Of a stretch of DNA of 64,000 bases, positions 51,826 through 61,734 are shown in pieces. Numbering within the stretch: the first letter of the stretch is position 1; every line of letters starts with the position of its first letter. A program made the position numbers and the translations under genes. Source of the stretch: a virus. Where the stretch lies: the IMG/VR virus record IMGVR_UViG_3300036715_002842, positions 1-64,000 of that record. The stretch is one strand, 5' to 3'. The notes below the pieces were generated by a model, which did no database searches, was not told the DNA's origin, and saw nothing but the letters and a program-made list of their open reading frames with translations.

Positions 51826-52815
51826 CTATTCATCTGAGTGCGCCAGGGCAGCGAACAGGCACCCCTTCGCGATAGCCTTCAGAGGATCCTCAGCACGAAC
51901 TACCTTGCCAATCTTGATGGGGAGGTTCTGCGCCTTGAGAGCCTCTTCGAACAGTTCGATGAACCCGCCGGGAAGAGAGGTTCCACCTGCGACTGCGATC
52001 TTGGGCGGCTTCTGGAAGTCTGGTAGCTTCGCCATGCCAAGGAGTTTGTCCTTGATTTGCTTGGCTACGTACTCCAACATCGCCTTGTAGTAGTACGAAA
52101 TGGCTTCCTCGGTCTGATCCTTGGGCTTGCGGAGATCAATGATCCCCTCCTTTGCGAGCATAGCCTTGACCGTGGAGATACCCAGAGAGGTGGAAACGTT
52201 CTTGTCAATGTAGTCACCGGAACGGGCTACGGAGAAGTTGAAGGCTTCCACACTCAATTGTGCGCAGCAGACATTGCACATGCCAGCGCCCCACGAAACA
52301 CCAAAGCCAGAAAGATTGTCCTCGAGGAGTTCACTGTAAATGACCGACAGACCTTCATTGAGTGGTACTGGAGTGTAACCCATGTCGGTTAGGATCTTGT
52401 TGAACACATTCGAGTGGTAAACTGCATTGAACTCCTGATCGACTGGATCCCCTGGGACGGAGTAGACCACCTTTTCTTTCTTGGTGGCAGGAGCCCCAAG
52501 GGACTCTTTGATGATCGCCTGGATGATTGGCAGCGCCTTAATCTCATGGGGATTGAGAACACCTTGCGACATAGGTCGCTTGGGCTCACTGTTGAAAGCG
52601 CTAGCGAGCTCCAGTGCCTGCTGACCTAAAGCAGAAATTTCCCCCTCAAGTTCCACGTAAGGTGCACCCACCTTCTTGAGCATCGATTTTACGAAGGGGG
52701 ATTTCTCTACTGGTACGAAGATATTGCGGAAAGCTTTGTACTCGAAGCTCTCCCCATCTGCACCAACCCTCGCAGCTACGATATTTCCAGTTCCCAAATC
52801 TAGTCCACAGGGCAT
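51826..52815 (-). CDS. actin-like ATPase (MreB/ParM/FtsA superfamily)
   Basis: Phosphate-1 GLDLGTGN, LNEG, SWGAG, adenosine AGGTS, AIAKG. Confidence 0.85.
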   Translation of the reverse strand: MPCGLDLGTGNIVAARVGADGESFEYKAFRNIFVPVEKSPFVKSMLKKVGAPYVELEGEISALGQQALELASAFNSEPKRPMSQGVLNPHEIKALPIIQAIIKESLGAPATKKEKVVYSVPGDPVDQEFNAVYHSNVFNKILTDMGYTPVPLNEGLSVIYSELLEDNLSGFGVSWGAGMCNVCCAQLSVEAFNFSVARSGDYIDKNVSTSLGISTVKAMLAKEGIIDLRKPKDQTEEAISYYYKAMLEYVAKQIKDKLLGMAKLPDFQKPPKIAVAGGTSLPGGFIELFEEALKAQNLPIKIGKVVRAEDPLKAIAKGCLFAALAHSDE

Positions 52816-52880
52816 ACGGACTCCTCTGAATTTTTAACCTTCTTGGCTCTTCTTTTGAATCTCGAATCTTTTATCGCAGA

Positions 52881-53408
52881 TCATTGAGCGGATTTCCTCA
52901 GTTTTGCCTTGAGGTCTGATAAGGACCCGACCTTCGATTTTGATTCTTCCATGGATATCTGAATATCTTCCACACCTTTAATGCTTGGTACGAAAACATC
53001 GATTGGGCTATCTTTCGAGATTTGAGAAGAAGGGGTACCCCCATTAATTACAAGTGCACCAAGTGCTTCGAGAAGATCCGCTTTTGTAAGTCCAGTAGGT
53101 TGAGGTGTCGGCATTTCCCTTGGCAGAGTTGCCAGATGCTCCCCCACGACTTCTTTGAGCATACTTCTCAGATCTTCTCGATCAATGGTAGGTACTACTG
53201 GGGAAGGTGGCACTGGATCTGCTAGATCCAGGAACTCGAAGGAGAAGATGGTTCCCATCGTCTGCCAATCGGGTGGGAGAGATGCGGCCGAGACCACCAC
53301 CCAGGTTCCAGGTTCCAGAAACTTATTGGCTATCCAGGCGCCAATCGAACCAGACTGGCTACGGTGAGAGATGTTGGTGATTTTGACCAATCGTTCCATT
53401 AATGGCAC
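52881..53408 (-). CDS. hypothetical protein
   Basis: ORF directly upstream of the actin-like gene. Confidence 0.65.
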   Translation of the reverse strand: MPLMERLVKITNISHRSQSGSIGAWIANKFLEPGTWVVVSAASLPPDWQTMGTIFSFEFLDLADPVPPSPVVPTIDREDLRSMLKEVVGEHLATLPREMPTPQPTGLTKADLLEALGALVINGGTPSSQISKDSPIDVFVPSIKGVEDIQISMEESKSKVGSLSDLKAKLRKSAQ

Positions 53409-53698
53409 TTTTCAAAGATTCGAAGGTCGCCCAGATCGAACGAGACCTGTATTCCGAACGAGTCCTTCGCAGCTTTTTCTAACTTTGCAACCAGAACGTG
53501 AACTGGAGGATCTACGGAGTTGTCACACTCACCCCGCTTTATTTCCAGGATTCTTGAGGACTTGAAGCAAAGATAGAAGGATTCTTCATCAAATTCCATA
53601 TAAAACGGGGAAGTAGCCATTCCCACCCGGTAATTGATATCCGGGGACCATTTGAAATATCTTTGTGAAACGGTTTTCATAAGTTCACGAATTTTCAT
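53399..53698 (-). CDS. hypothetical protein
   Basis: 99-aa coupled ORF. Confidence 0.55.
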   Translation of the reverse strand: MKIRELMKTVSQRYFKWSPDINYRVGMATSPFYMEFDEESFYLCFKSSRILEIKRGECDNSVDPPVHVLVAKLEKAAKDSFGIQVSFDLGDLRIFEKCH

Positions 53699-55380
53699 AT
53701 TTTCACCAATTCAAATTTTAATTGTCCGCAATCCCAGATTCGAAGGATTCCCGCTTGATCCATAATTTCTTTCTGCGTTCCAGAAAGGTGTGGAAATCTC
53801 TTTGATAACTTATCGTGTGTGTAGTTCAAACGGTTGATTCTGAAGTCTCTGAAATTTTCAAAACCATGAAAACTGGGCGGAATTTCACCCACAAGACTGA
53901 AACCAGTTTTTAGATACAATTCCCCACGACTCCAACATCCATCAGCAAAGGTGTAAATTCTTTTCCAATTTACCTTTCTTTTGAAGTGTTCGAGAAGTTT
54001 AGAAAATCCACCTACAACACTGCAAGAGGTTGCGTAACGATTGAGATCGTAGGACCCATTTCCCATGGATTTGAGGGTTAACATCGCAACGAGAGCACCC
54101 CCATTCTGAAGCGCGTAGGTTATCGAACCAGCGCCATCCCCTTTGATATGATTTGTCTCATAGAAACTCTTCTTTTGCTGTGAAGTTGGAATTAAGATTG
54201 AACATTTTCTAGCAAAAACTCTTTCTTTTTCTAATCCAACGAAAGCTCGAATTTTCTTTTCAAGTAGGGTTCTCTTAAGTAACCAATCATCCGACCAGAT
54301 ATGAATCAACCTAATTCCCAACCGTTCACATTCGAGGGTCTTTTCGTGGTGGTACTCTGGTTTTTGATGGAGTTCTGAATGCCAGTAAAGACCGTTGTAT
54401 TCAAAAGCTAGTTTGAAATCTGGTAGATAAACATCTATTTCTTTTCTAGATTCAGAAATCTTACCCACCATTTTCGCTAGTTTCTGAAAAGATAACCTTG
54501 CTATCGTTTTCAATTCTAGAGAATCTATGAAGTCAATGAAAGATCTTTCTTCCGCACTACTTCCCTGGTTAGCAAAACCTCTTAACTCCAAATTGGAGTA
54601 TTTCCAGAAGTAATTCGAAGCACCTGCCGCGTTGATTCCAAGTTCAGCTGCAATCTGATCAATACTTCTTTGTTTGTTGCAATACTCTTCTTTCCAGAAT
54701 TCTTCTGAAGTAATTTTTTCGATGATTGCTTGAGGAAGCTTAGGTCTTTGAACAATTCTGCGTCCCCTCGAACTCTGGATAAAATGGGCCACACCATACT
54801 TTCTTAGACTAGTCTCCCTACTTTTCAACTTTATTGATTCAAGTACCGCTGGATTTTCTACCCCATATTTCTGTAAACAGGTGGCTTTCATCTTTAATCT
54901 TATTGATTTTTGTAAGTCAACATTTTTCAATTTCTCCGATATTTTTTCTTTGACTTCCACCGCCTGACTAGCGTTTTCAACTCCAAACCTTTCCAAGTTA
55001 GTTTCTTTCATTCGTTGCTTAACTATATCGGATTGAGCTGGGTGATGAGTTCCATAGTGATTTTGAGAAGTTTCGGCTTTCTTCTTCTTAACTATATCAG
55101 ATTGACTAGCATTTTCAACTCCGAACCGTTCCAAGTTCGTTTCTTTCATTCGTTGCTTAACTATATCAGATTGACTAGCATTTTCAACTCCGAACCGTTC
55201 TAAGTTCGTTTTTCTACACTTGTCAAGAATTTCTTCTTTAGAGGTCTCTAAAATTCGAAGTCTACTTTCACTTTTTCTTTTTCTTGTTGCTGGACAAGAG
55301 TTTGCGGATTTTCCACATCGAGAAGGTTTTTCCGGTGGAAACACCGCAATTAAACCACACCCATACTTACACAACTTCAT
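53695..55380 (-). CDS. Hef-like free-standing homing endonuclease with 23-aa repeats
   Basis: KETNLERFGVENASQ repeats; EIDVYLP...FEYNGLYWH; C-terminal ARKC...RYAT...VVGGFSKLL; AT-rich. Confidence 0.8.
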   Translation of the reverse strand: MKLCKYGCGLIAVFPPEKPSRCGKSANSCPATRKRKSESRLRILETSKEEILDKCRKTNLERFGVENASQSDIVKQRMKETNLERFGVENASQSDIVKKKKAETSQNHYGTHHPAQSDIVKQRMKETNLERFGVENASQAVEVKEKISEKLKNVDLQKSIRLKMKATCLQKYGVENPAVLESIKLKSRETSLRKYGVAHFIQSSRGRRIVQRPKLPQAIIEKITSEEFWKEEYCNKQRSIDQIAAELGINAAGASNYFWKYSNLELRGFANQGSSAEERSFIDFIDSLELKTIARLSFQKLAKMVGKISESRKEIDVYLPDFKLAFEYNGLYWHSELHQKPEYHHEKTLECERLGIRLIHIWSDDWLLKRTLLEKKIRAFVGLEKERVFARKCSILIPTSQQKKSFYETNHIKGDGAGSITYALQNGGALVAMLTLKSMGNGSYDLNRYATSCSVVGGFSKLLEHFKRKVNWKRIYTFADGCWSRGELYLKTGFSLVGEIPPSFHGFENFRDFRINRLNYTHDKLSKRFPHLSGTQKEIMDQAGILRIWDCGQLKFELVKI

Positions 55381-56954
55381 AGTGAAGCCGCCATATCATT
55401 TTCTTTCACTCCACCAGTTAGATCCGTCACCTGGTAGTTAAGAACGTTCGTGCAGACCTTCTTGAACTTCGCAGCACACCCATATAATATCCCAGTACCG
55501 GAATCCGCCCAGTAATAGGTTCGTGGCAAGAACTTGCGTGCGTAGAAGCGCTGCACTCGACCAATTACCTGCTCAATGAATACCTCGTTCGCGGTTGGGC
55601 AAACGATGTGTAAGGTATCAATGCAGGGGATATCAGTTCCCTCGGAGAACAGTTGCTTGGTTGCCACGAGGACATCAATCTTGTTGTTGTAGATTATATT
55701 GATCTGCGCACGCATGTCGGCGTTCAAATCCAATTTCTTTACCTCTTCGAGGAACTGTGGCCAAGTGAGGATTGGATCCCAGTCGATCTCATTCGCTGCG
55801 GCAAGAGAAGAGGTTACGTAGTCAATTGCTTTCTCAAGACCTGTGATCCGGTCAACCAGACTATCTCGATCGGCCTTCTTCATTGGCCCAGTGACACAGG
55901 CGGCGCTGATGCCAGAACTTATGAGCATCGCAGCCAGATTTTCAGCGTGGGCGACTCGCTCGGTAATCACCAGAATACGCCTATTTTCAGCCTGATTCTG
56001 AATTACCTTTTGGACTATCTTCTCATTGCGCGCCTTGTTTTTCACCACGACCGACATGACGGAAACCCAGTTCATGTTCTGCGGCAAAGGGAAGTGGCAG
56101 CCCTTGAGAATCTCGATCTCGCAGTTGTTCTTTACCTTACTCTCATACCGAACGGGTCCGAGAAGATCTGGAAGGAGAAGATGGTAGTTGTCCTTCCGCT
56201 TGGGAGTTGCGGAAACCCCCACAAAGATCTGCGGGTTCATGTACTTCAGGATCTTTGTCAAACTAGCGGCAGGAGCGCGATGGCACTCATCCACCATCAC
56301 TAATCCGAAAAGATTTTGGATTTTCTTCAGTCGATTCACTACATCGTAGTTCACTAGCTGGTAAGTCGAAACTGTAATGGGATAATAGACCGGTTCCCCG
56401 TTCTTGTCGAATTCGAGCTCCCCAACCAACTTTCTGCCAGTTTGAGCTTCAAGTTCGTTGATGTTGGTGTAATCTCGCAACCTAGTAACGAATTGGTCCT
56501 TCAAGTCTACCTTGTTCACTAGGAGAAGGATCTTTTGTTGCTGGAGAGTGATGAACGCAGTCATCACTACAGTCTTACCATAAGCCGGTGGAGCCTGGAA
56601 GATACCACCAATGTTCGGGGTAATGAATGCTTTGATTCCGGCTTTCTGATCATCCTTCAACTTACCGGTGAACTGTAAATCTAATCCAAGGGGGGCATTG
56701 GTTCTACGATCATCAAACTCGAAGTCTTTGAAGAGGTATTGGATCTTGTTAACATCCCCACGGCAGAAAGCGATGTACTCCCCAACCGGACGGTACATAC
56801 GTACATACTCTTCGAGGACTGGGTTGTCCTCATAGTTGTCGTACCCGAAGTCAACCTTCTGTTCGAACCGGTATGTGAAGGACTGCAGAATCGAGGGATT
56901 CTGTTCGACCCACACCCTTGGCACGTAGAGTGCATCTGCGAGAATTGCTTTCAC
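55377..56954 (-). CDS. UvsW-like superfamily 2 helicase
   Basis: APPAYGKT, DECH, SATP, EGTDIP, QVIGRVQR; GTG start after GAGG. Confidence 0.85.
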   Translation of the reverse strand: MKAILADALYVPRVWVEQNPSILQSFTYRFEQKVDFGYDNYEDNPVLEEYVRMYRPVGEYIAFCRGDVNKIQYLFKDFEFDDRRTNAPLGLDLQFTGKLKDDQKAGIKAFITPNIGGIFQAPPAYGKTVVMTAFITLQQQKILLLVNKVDLKDQFVTRLRDYTNINELEAQTGRKLVGELEFDKNGEPVYYPITVSTYQLVNYDVVNRLKKIQNLFGLVMVDECHRAPAASLTKILKYMNPQIFVGVSATPKRKDNYHLLLPDLLGPVRYESKVKNNCEIEILKGCHFPLPQNMNWVSVMSVVVKNKARNEKIVQKVIQNQAENRRILVITERVAHAENLAAMLISSGISAACVTGPMKKADRDSLVDRITGLEKAIDYVTSSLAAANEIDWDPILTWPQFLEEVKKLDLNADMRAQINIIYNNKIDVLVATKQLFSEGTDIPCIDTLHIVCPTANEVFIEQVIGRVQRFYARKFLPRTYYWADSGTGILYGCAAKFKKVCTNVLNYQVTDLTGGVKENDMAASL

Positions 56955-57293
56955 GGCACACCTCAATACGATTAACCATAATTTTAAGGGAAAGAGCGGA
57001 CTTAGTCGACCCTTTGCTTAGTGCCGTTTTCCTTTGCTTTCCGTTTCTGAACTTTCTTCGTGAGCAATCTTGGTGCTGGGTACCCTGGCCAGAGGTGTGT
57101 CGTGAGTGACTTCTTTTCATCGAAAAAGCCCCGCTAAATCCTGCTAGTTTAAAACAGAAATTTTCTTGGAAAAAGAACTTAATTGAGGAACTCGAAAAAC
57201 GGTTCGAGAAAAAGAACTCATAAAAATATCCTCTACAAATATATGGGGATTTCTGTACCACTTCACATTATCCAATTTATAAGCCTATATAAA

Positions 57294-58424
57294 TTATCTT
57301 GGCCCCAATTTGCGACTCCAGGAAACTGCTTGATTCCATCTGTCTTTTTTCTCAATCCCAGGTATCCTCTTACAGTACTCCAAATAGTCTTCTTCGGACT
57401 GGAATCTGTACACTAGTTTTCCTAACTCATCGTGCCACCGACCATTTTTGATTTTCATCTTCTCAGGTGCTGACAACAGTTCGGTCTTGGGGAGGTTTCT
57501 CAGAATCTCGCCAAACTCTCTTATTGCTCTGTAGGTCTTTGCTTTGTTCAAGGTGCTTTTCTCAATACACTGGATCTGATGGTACTTTCTCAATAATCGT
57601 ATCGCGTCGCTCACATAGGGTTGATGGCTCACTTCATTGGGGAACACTCTCTTAAAGGTCTTCACCATATAGTCTTGAGGAAGATCTGCTCCCTTCAGAA
57701 AATTCGAGCTTCCCAACATAAAAAGGCAGACCTTCACCATCTCTCTTCTTTGCTTTGGAGTGGCTTCAAATGTCTCCATCAAGGAATCAAGTTCCTTATA
57801 TTCTGTTGGCATCGACCATTCATGCTCTAGACGGCTAGTAGGAATGTTTTTATAGAACAGGAATGTCTTGGGTATCACTCTTGGAGGATTCTCAAAGGTC
57901 TCTTTAGACAGGAAGAAGACGGTCATAGCAGACAATCTACTATCGAACTTGCACTCAAATCTACACTTCTTCAGGATCAACTTCAGGTACTCTTCCAGAT
58001 CCTTCGCTCTCTTAGGACCATGAATCTGAACGTGGAACAGCGCTTTCTTCTTACCACTTGGGGTAGTAACGAGAACAGCGCTAGAAGCGAGCTCCTCTAT
58101 TCTCGAAGTATCTTCTACATCCCAGTCGAGGACGAGAAAATTCGAAAGGTTGGCTTGAATAATAGGGTGGAAATCCTTACCCTTTGTCGCGGCCAGCTCC
58201 ATCTCACGAGTCAGATCTTCTTTATATTCACCAACTTTACGTAGGAACTTGGTCGGCTCCTTCACCTTTCTCCATAGGAAAGAGTCGAAGTTCAGCACTC
58301 TTGGGGCACTCATCTCAATAAGAGTGGTTTTGAATGCCTCCGGTTTCGGGAGGGGAACGTCCCAAGTCTGAAGATCTTCTAGGGAAGGTAGCTCATCCAA
58401 GTTCGAAATCAGGGTTGCAGTCAT
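57294..58424 (-). CDS. hypothetical protein with Prim-Pol-like motifs
   Basis: VLDWDVED and VTTPSG; catalytic His not evident. Confidence 0.45.
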   Translation of the reverse strand: MTATLISNLDELPSLEDLQTWDVPLPKPEAFKTTLIEMSAPRVLNFDSFLWRKVKEPTKFLRKVGEYKEDLTREMELAATKGKDFHPIIQANLSNFLVLDWDVEDTSRIEELASSAVLVTTPSGKKKALFHVQIHGPKRAKDLEEYLKLILKKCRFECKFDSRLSAMTVFFLSKETFENPPRVIPKTFLFYKNIPTSRLEHEWSMPTEYKELDSLMETFEATPKQRREMVKVCLFMLGSSNFLKGADLPQDYMVKTFKRVFPNEVSHQPYVSDAIRLLRKYHQIQCIEKSTLNKAKTYRAIREFGEILRNLPKTELLSAPEKMKIKNGRWHDELGKLVYRFQSEEDYLEYCKRIPGIEKKDRWNQAVSWSRKLGPR

Positions 58425-58513
58425 ATGAGTAGTTAACGCATAATTTCGGGGGATTAGGAATGTCCCTCATATTTTGTGCTCTCAGGTTACTTATTTCTAT
58501 TCGAGGAGTGAAC

Positions 58514-59440
58514 GTGTCCCTACTTCAAGGATCCTTCAACTGGACAGTCTTCGAGACCTTCGGAGAAAACCCTAAGGATGCCGACCTGTTTGATCTGATG
58601 ACCACTCGTGCCCTTTTCAAAGAGGGGTTCCCCGGAGACTACCACTCTATCGGCTTCTGCCACTGGAACGATCCAGGTTCCGTCCCTGTCCTAGATCAGA
58701 CTTTCCTCGCTGATGGTTGGGTCCTGATGGGCATTCGGAAGGATAGCAAGAGGGTTCCCAAGGCCCTAGTGAATATGGAATTCCGTGCATACCTCAAGGG
58801 ACTCTCTGCGGATCAAAAGAAGGGCCTCAATAAGAAGATGATCCTTCAGGACATCACAGACAAGCTTCTGCCAACCATCCCCTTTACCCCTTCCATCCAA
58901 GTCGCCGCATGGCATCGGCCCTCCAAGCGCCTCTACTGCGAGGGAATGGGGCTCTATGACTGGCTCGTGGGCCACCTCGGTACCTTGGGCGTGAAGATTA
59001 CCCCTGCGACCTTCCTGGACCAGCACGGCAAGGCATTTGAGATGATCCGGAGCATGACCTTCGATGCCATCCAGTGCCCTGGAGCACCCTCCCTTGTACC
59101 CAGTCAGGTTTCTTACGCACCCACCCCGGATCTTACCATCCAGCTTGAGGACCAAAAGATCTCTTTTCTGGGAGATGGGGACGATGATGCCGCGAAAGCC
59201 GAGTGCGATTCCCTTCTGACTAAGGGTGGAAAAATTGTCAAGATGAAAGTCCTCACCAATCTTGAGGATGACAACTACGTTCTTCAGCTCAACAGTAGCA
59301 ACCCAAACGTTCTTAAGTTCAATCCTGGCAATATTAGGGGTTCGATCTACGACAAACTTTTCCACCGCCTTGAAAAGGCGGTCGCTATCACCTATACTCT
59401 AGAGAATGTCGTACGCAACGGAGCCAACGCAAAGGTTTAA
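58514..59440 (+). CDS. rdgC: RdgC-like recombination-associated protein
   Basis: SIGF, GIRKDSKRVPKALV, ITDKLLP; GAGGAG RBS. Confidence 0.65.
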   Translation: MSLLQGSFNWTVFETFGENPKDADLFDLMTTRALFKEGFPGDYHSIGFCHWNDPGSVPVLDQTFLADGWVLMGIRKDSKRVPKALVNMEFRAYLKGLSADQKKGLNKKMILQDITDKLLPTIPFTPSIQVAAWHRPSKRLYCEGMGLYDWLVGHLGTLGVKITPATFLDQHGKAFEMIRSMTFDAIQCPGAPSLVPSQVSYAPTPDLTIQLEDQKISFLGDGDDDAAKAECDSLLTKGGKIVKMKVLTNLEDDNYVLQLNSSNPNVLKFNPGNIRGSIYDKLFHRLEKAVAITYTLENVVRNGANAKV

Positions 59441-59448
59441 TACTCACC

Positions 59449-59476
59449 TTGACAATTTTTCAAAACGGGTTAATCT
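59449..59476 (+). promoter_or_regulatory. sigma70-like promoter
   Basis: TTGACA-16 nt-TAATCT, preceded by CC as in the other copies. Confidence 0.6.
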
Positions 59477-59507
59477 CTACATAGGGACCTAGTGTCCAGG
59501 AGATAAG

Positions 59508-60050
59508 ATGAAAGAGAAACTCCCATCCGGCCGTCTTCGAGTTTATCAACTCCAGCACGTGATGAATCCTGAGAGTTGGTTCAAGAATCACTCCAGACAT
59601 AATTGGGAATTTCACCTGACGAACTTGAAGAGGCTTCAAGAGCTTCTTCCGGGAAGTTGCTACGAGCATCGGGATCCCCACCAGAACCTCCTCTGTCAGG
59701 TCGAGGACTTCCAGTTGATTGGGGATCTGGTCGTCACCAAGACCAAGGTGCTCTCCGCGGACAACATCCTCTTCGATATTGAAGAGGGGAAGATCCGGGC
59801 AACCGTCGAGGGTGAGGATGAGGTCCAGGAAGTTTTCTACTACTCCGCGCTGGATAGTTCCTGGAAGAACCGTCTACCTGCCCCTCGACAGAATGGTGGC
59901 ACGCAGGTCGAGGTCCTCAAGTTCCAGACCAAGCTGATGAAGCAGAATAATGAGGCCGATGAGTGGCTCCGAGAGAGCGCCCGGCGCCGCGAGCAGTTCA
60001 AGAACTACGAACCGGAAGAGGTTGAAGTTCGCGAGCAGAACCATGATTGA
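59508..60050 (+). CDS. hypothetical protein
   Basis: AGGAG RBS; 180 aa. Confidence 0.7.
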   Translation: MKEKLPSGRLRVYQLQHVMNPESWFKNHSRHNWEFHLTNLKRLQELLPGSCYEHRDPHQNLLCQVEDFQLIGDLVVTKTKVLSADNILFDIEEGKIRATVEGEDEVQEVFYYSALDSSWKNRLPAPRQNGGTQVEVLKFQTKLMKQNNEADEWLRESARRREQFKNYEPEEVEVREQNHD

Positions 60051-60543
60051 GGTTGTAGTCCATTTAGTTCTCTATCGGAACGTTACAGAAGAAAAGCCAA
60101 ACCGGTCTAAGATGGTGCCACTCTCTTGCTACACCAAGAGAGTGACCTTACCTTTCGCACCAGCTATCGGAATGACTCTCAGGTTGAAAGATCTCACAAA
60201 GTTCCATGGAAACAACCGGTTCTATGAAATTCAGTCAATCCAGCTTTTCGATGACCGGGAATTGGCTTCCGTTTACGTGGAAGAGAAGTTCAAGCCCCTG
60301 GAGAAGTACAAGGATCAGGATCCCAGATTCGAGAAGTTTATAAAGTATCTACTTGGTAGCGGCTGGGAAGTTTGCACACCCTCCAGGAAAATCGTCAAGG
60401 GTATATTTAAAGCTGGAGGATGTCATGGCAAAGCGCCGAAAAGGACCATTTCTTGGCAGGTATTTCCTGTCTCGGAAGCAGATGGTCGAAGCCAAAGTCA
60501 TCCAGGACCAGAACAATGGCAGGATGAAACGGGGAGAAATTAA
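60043..60543 (+). CDS. hypothetical protein
   Basis: Start MIEVVVHL overlapping upstream stop. Confidence 0.55.
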   Translation: MIEVVVHLVLYRNVTEEKPNRSKMVPLSCYTKRVTLPFAPAIGMTLRLKDLTKFHGNNRFYEIQSIQLFDDRELASVYVEEKFKPLEKYKDQDPRFEKFIKYLLGSGWEVCTPSRKIVKGIFKAGGCHGKAPKRTISWQVFPVSEADGRSQSHPGPEQWQDETGRN

Positions 60544-60602
60544 GAATTTCACCCTTGTAACCTGTGGCTGTGTGGTTGTGGCGTCTTCGTTTCCGAGAAG
60601 AA

Positions 60603-61154
60603 ATGAACATCTTTTGCATCGAAGGTGAAGGTGAGATTATTGATTGGGTAAAAAGTGCCCAGTCTCTTGACAATTACCGCGTGGTAAAGATGCTTGTGGA
60701 GACCACCCAGCTTCTTTGCTGCGCGCTGAATGAGCAGGGGATTGAGACTCCTTACAAGACTAGGCACCATAATCCGCAGGCAGTTTCCGCTTGGGTGATG
60801 GCCTCCTCCGCGAATTGGATGAATCTCTACTACCATGCGATTGCAATGCTCGCGGAGTATCGAAGGCGGTTCGGACCCAAGCCTTTCCGGAGTGACGAGG
60901 TTCTCCATACGGTCTTCCAGTTGTTCGATCCCAAGCGGTTCCCATCGCAGAAACCTACCCCAGTGATGCTGGCAATGCCGGACGAGTTCAAGGACCCCAA
61001 GAACCCTGTTCAAAGTTACCGGCGGTTCTACGCAACCAAACCCAACATGAGATACCCTGCTGACAAGATCCCTTCGTGGTTCCTTGAGCTCCGTGGGGAT
61101 ATCCCCTTCGAGGTGGTGAATGACAACGTTCGTAATCGGCCAGTTCTTTCGTGA
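60603..61154 (+). CDS. pyrimidine-dimer DNA glycosylase / endonuclease V-like protein
   Basis: MNIF...VVKMLVETTQLL...YKTRHHNP...W...EYRRRFG...AMPDEFK...VQSYRRFY. Confidence 0.7.
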   Translation: MNIFCIEGEGEIIDWVKSAQSLDNYRVVKMLVETTQLLCCALNEQGIETPYKTRHHNPQAVSAWVMASSANWMNLYYHAIAMLAEYRRRFGPKPFRSDEVLHTVFQLFDPKRFPSQKPTPVMLAMPDEFKDPKNPVQSYRRFYATKPNMRYPADKIPSWFLELRGDIPFEVVNDNVRNRPVLS

Positions 61155-61671
61155 TGCCCGCAAGCCCGCTGGGTACGAAAAGAGCTACAACGAAGATTCT
61201 CTTCTGAAGGCTGTGGAGTGTAACTTCGCAACTGCCATTCCAGGCTACCGTGATGGTGTGGTCCTGGTCCGAATCCTTCCCAAGTACCTTCGTTCTTCTG
61301 TCGTGGAGTTGACACCGGACCTGAAGATTGTAACCACGTTCGAGAGTCGAGTCCCAGGGGAAACCCCGAGAAAAAGAACTTTCGCCGTAGTGGATGAGCT
61401 CCCTGAAGCTGGAAGTGCCAGTGTGGTTTTGTACCGTGCGGATGTTCTGGCCGAGGATAACGATCGGTCTTCAGATGCTGACTGGGAGGTTGTTACCGTT
61501 CTGGCTCACTGCGATCGGGAGCCAGAACCTATGAACCCTGGTACCCTGATGGCGAACCACTTCAAGGCCGATGGTGGAACTTCCACTTTGATGAACGCGG
61601 AACAGTTCGAGGCAGCTCTTCGTGAGAGCTACAACTTCTGGAAGACCCGCATCCTCGCGGAAGTTCGTTAA
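61120..61671 (+). CDS. DUF3228-like protein
   Basis: GYRDG, VVLYRADVL, EPMNPGTLMAN...GGT...YNFW. Confidence 0.55.
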   Translation: MTTFVIGQFFRDARKPAGYEKSYNEDSLLKAVECNFATAIPGYRDGVVLVRILPKYLRSSVVELTPDLKIVTTFESRVPGETPRKRTFAVVDELPEAGSASVVLYRADVLAEDNDRSSDADWEVVTVLAHCDREPEPMNPGTLMANHFKADGGTSTLMNAEQFEAALRESYNFWKTRILAEVR

Positions 61672-61734
61672 GCCGAGTTCCTAAAACAGTCATATCCCTC
61701 TCCCCGGTTATAATTGGGAGAGGGAGAATTCTGG

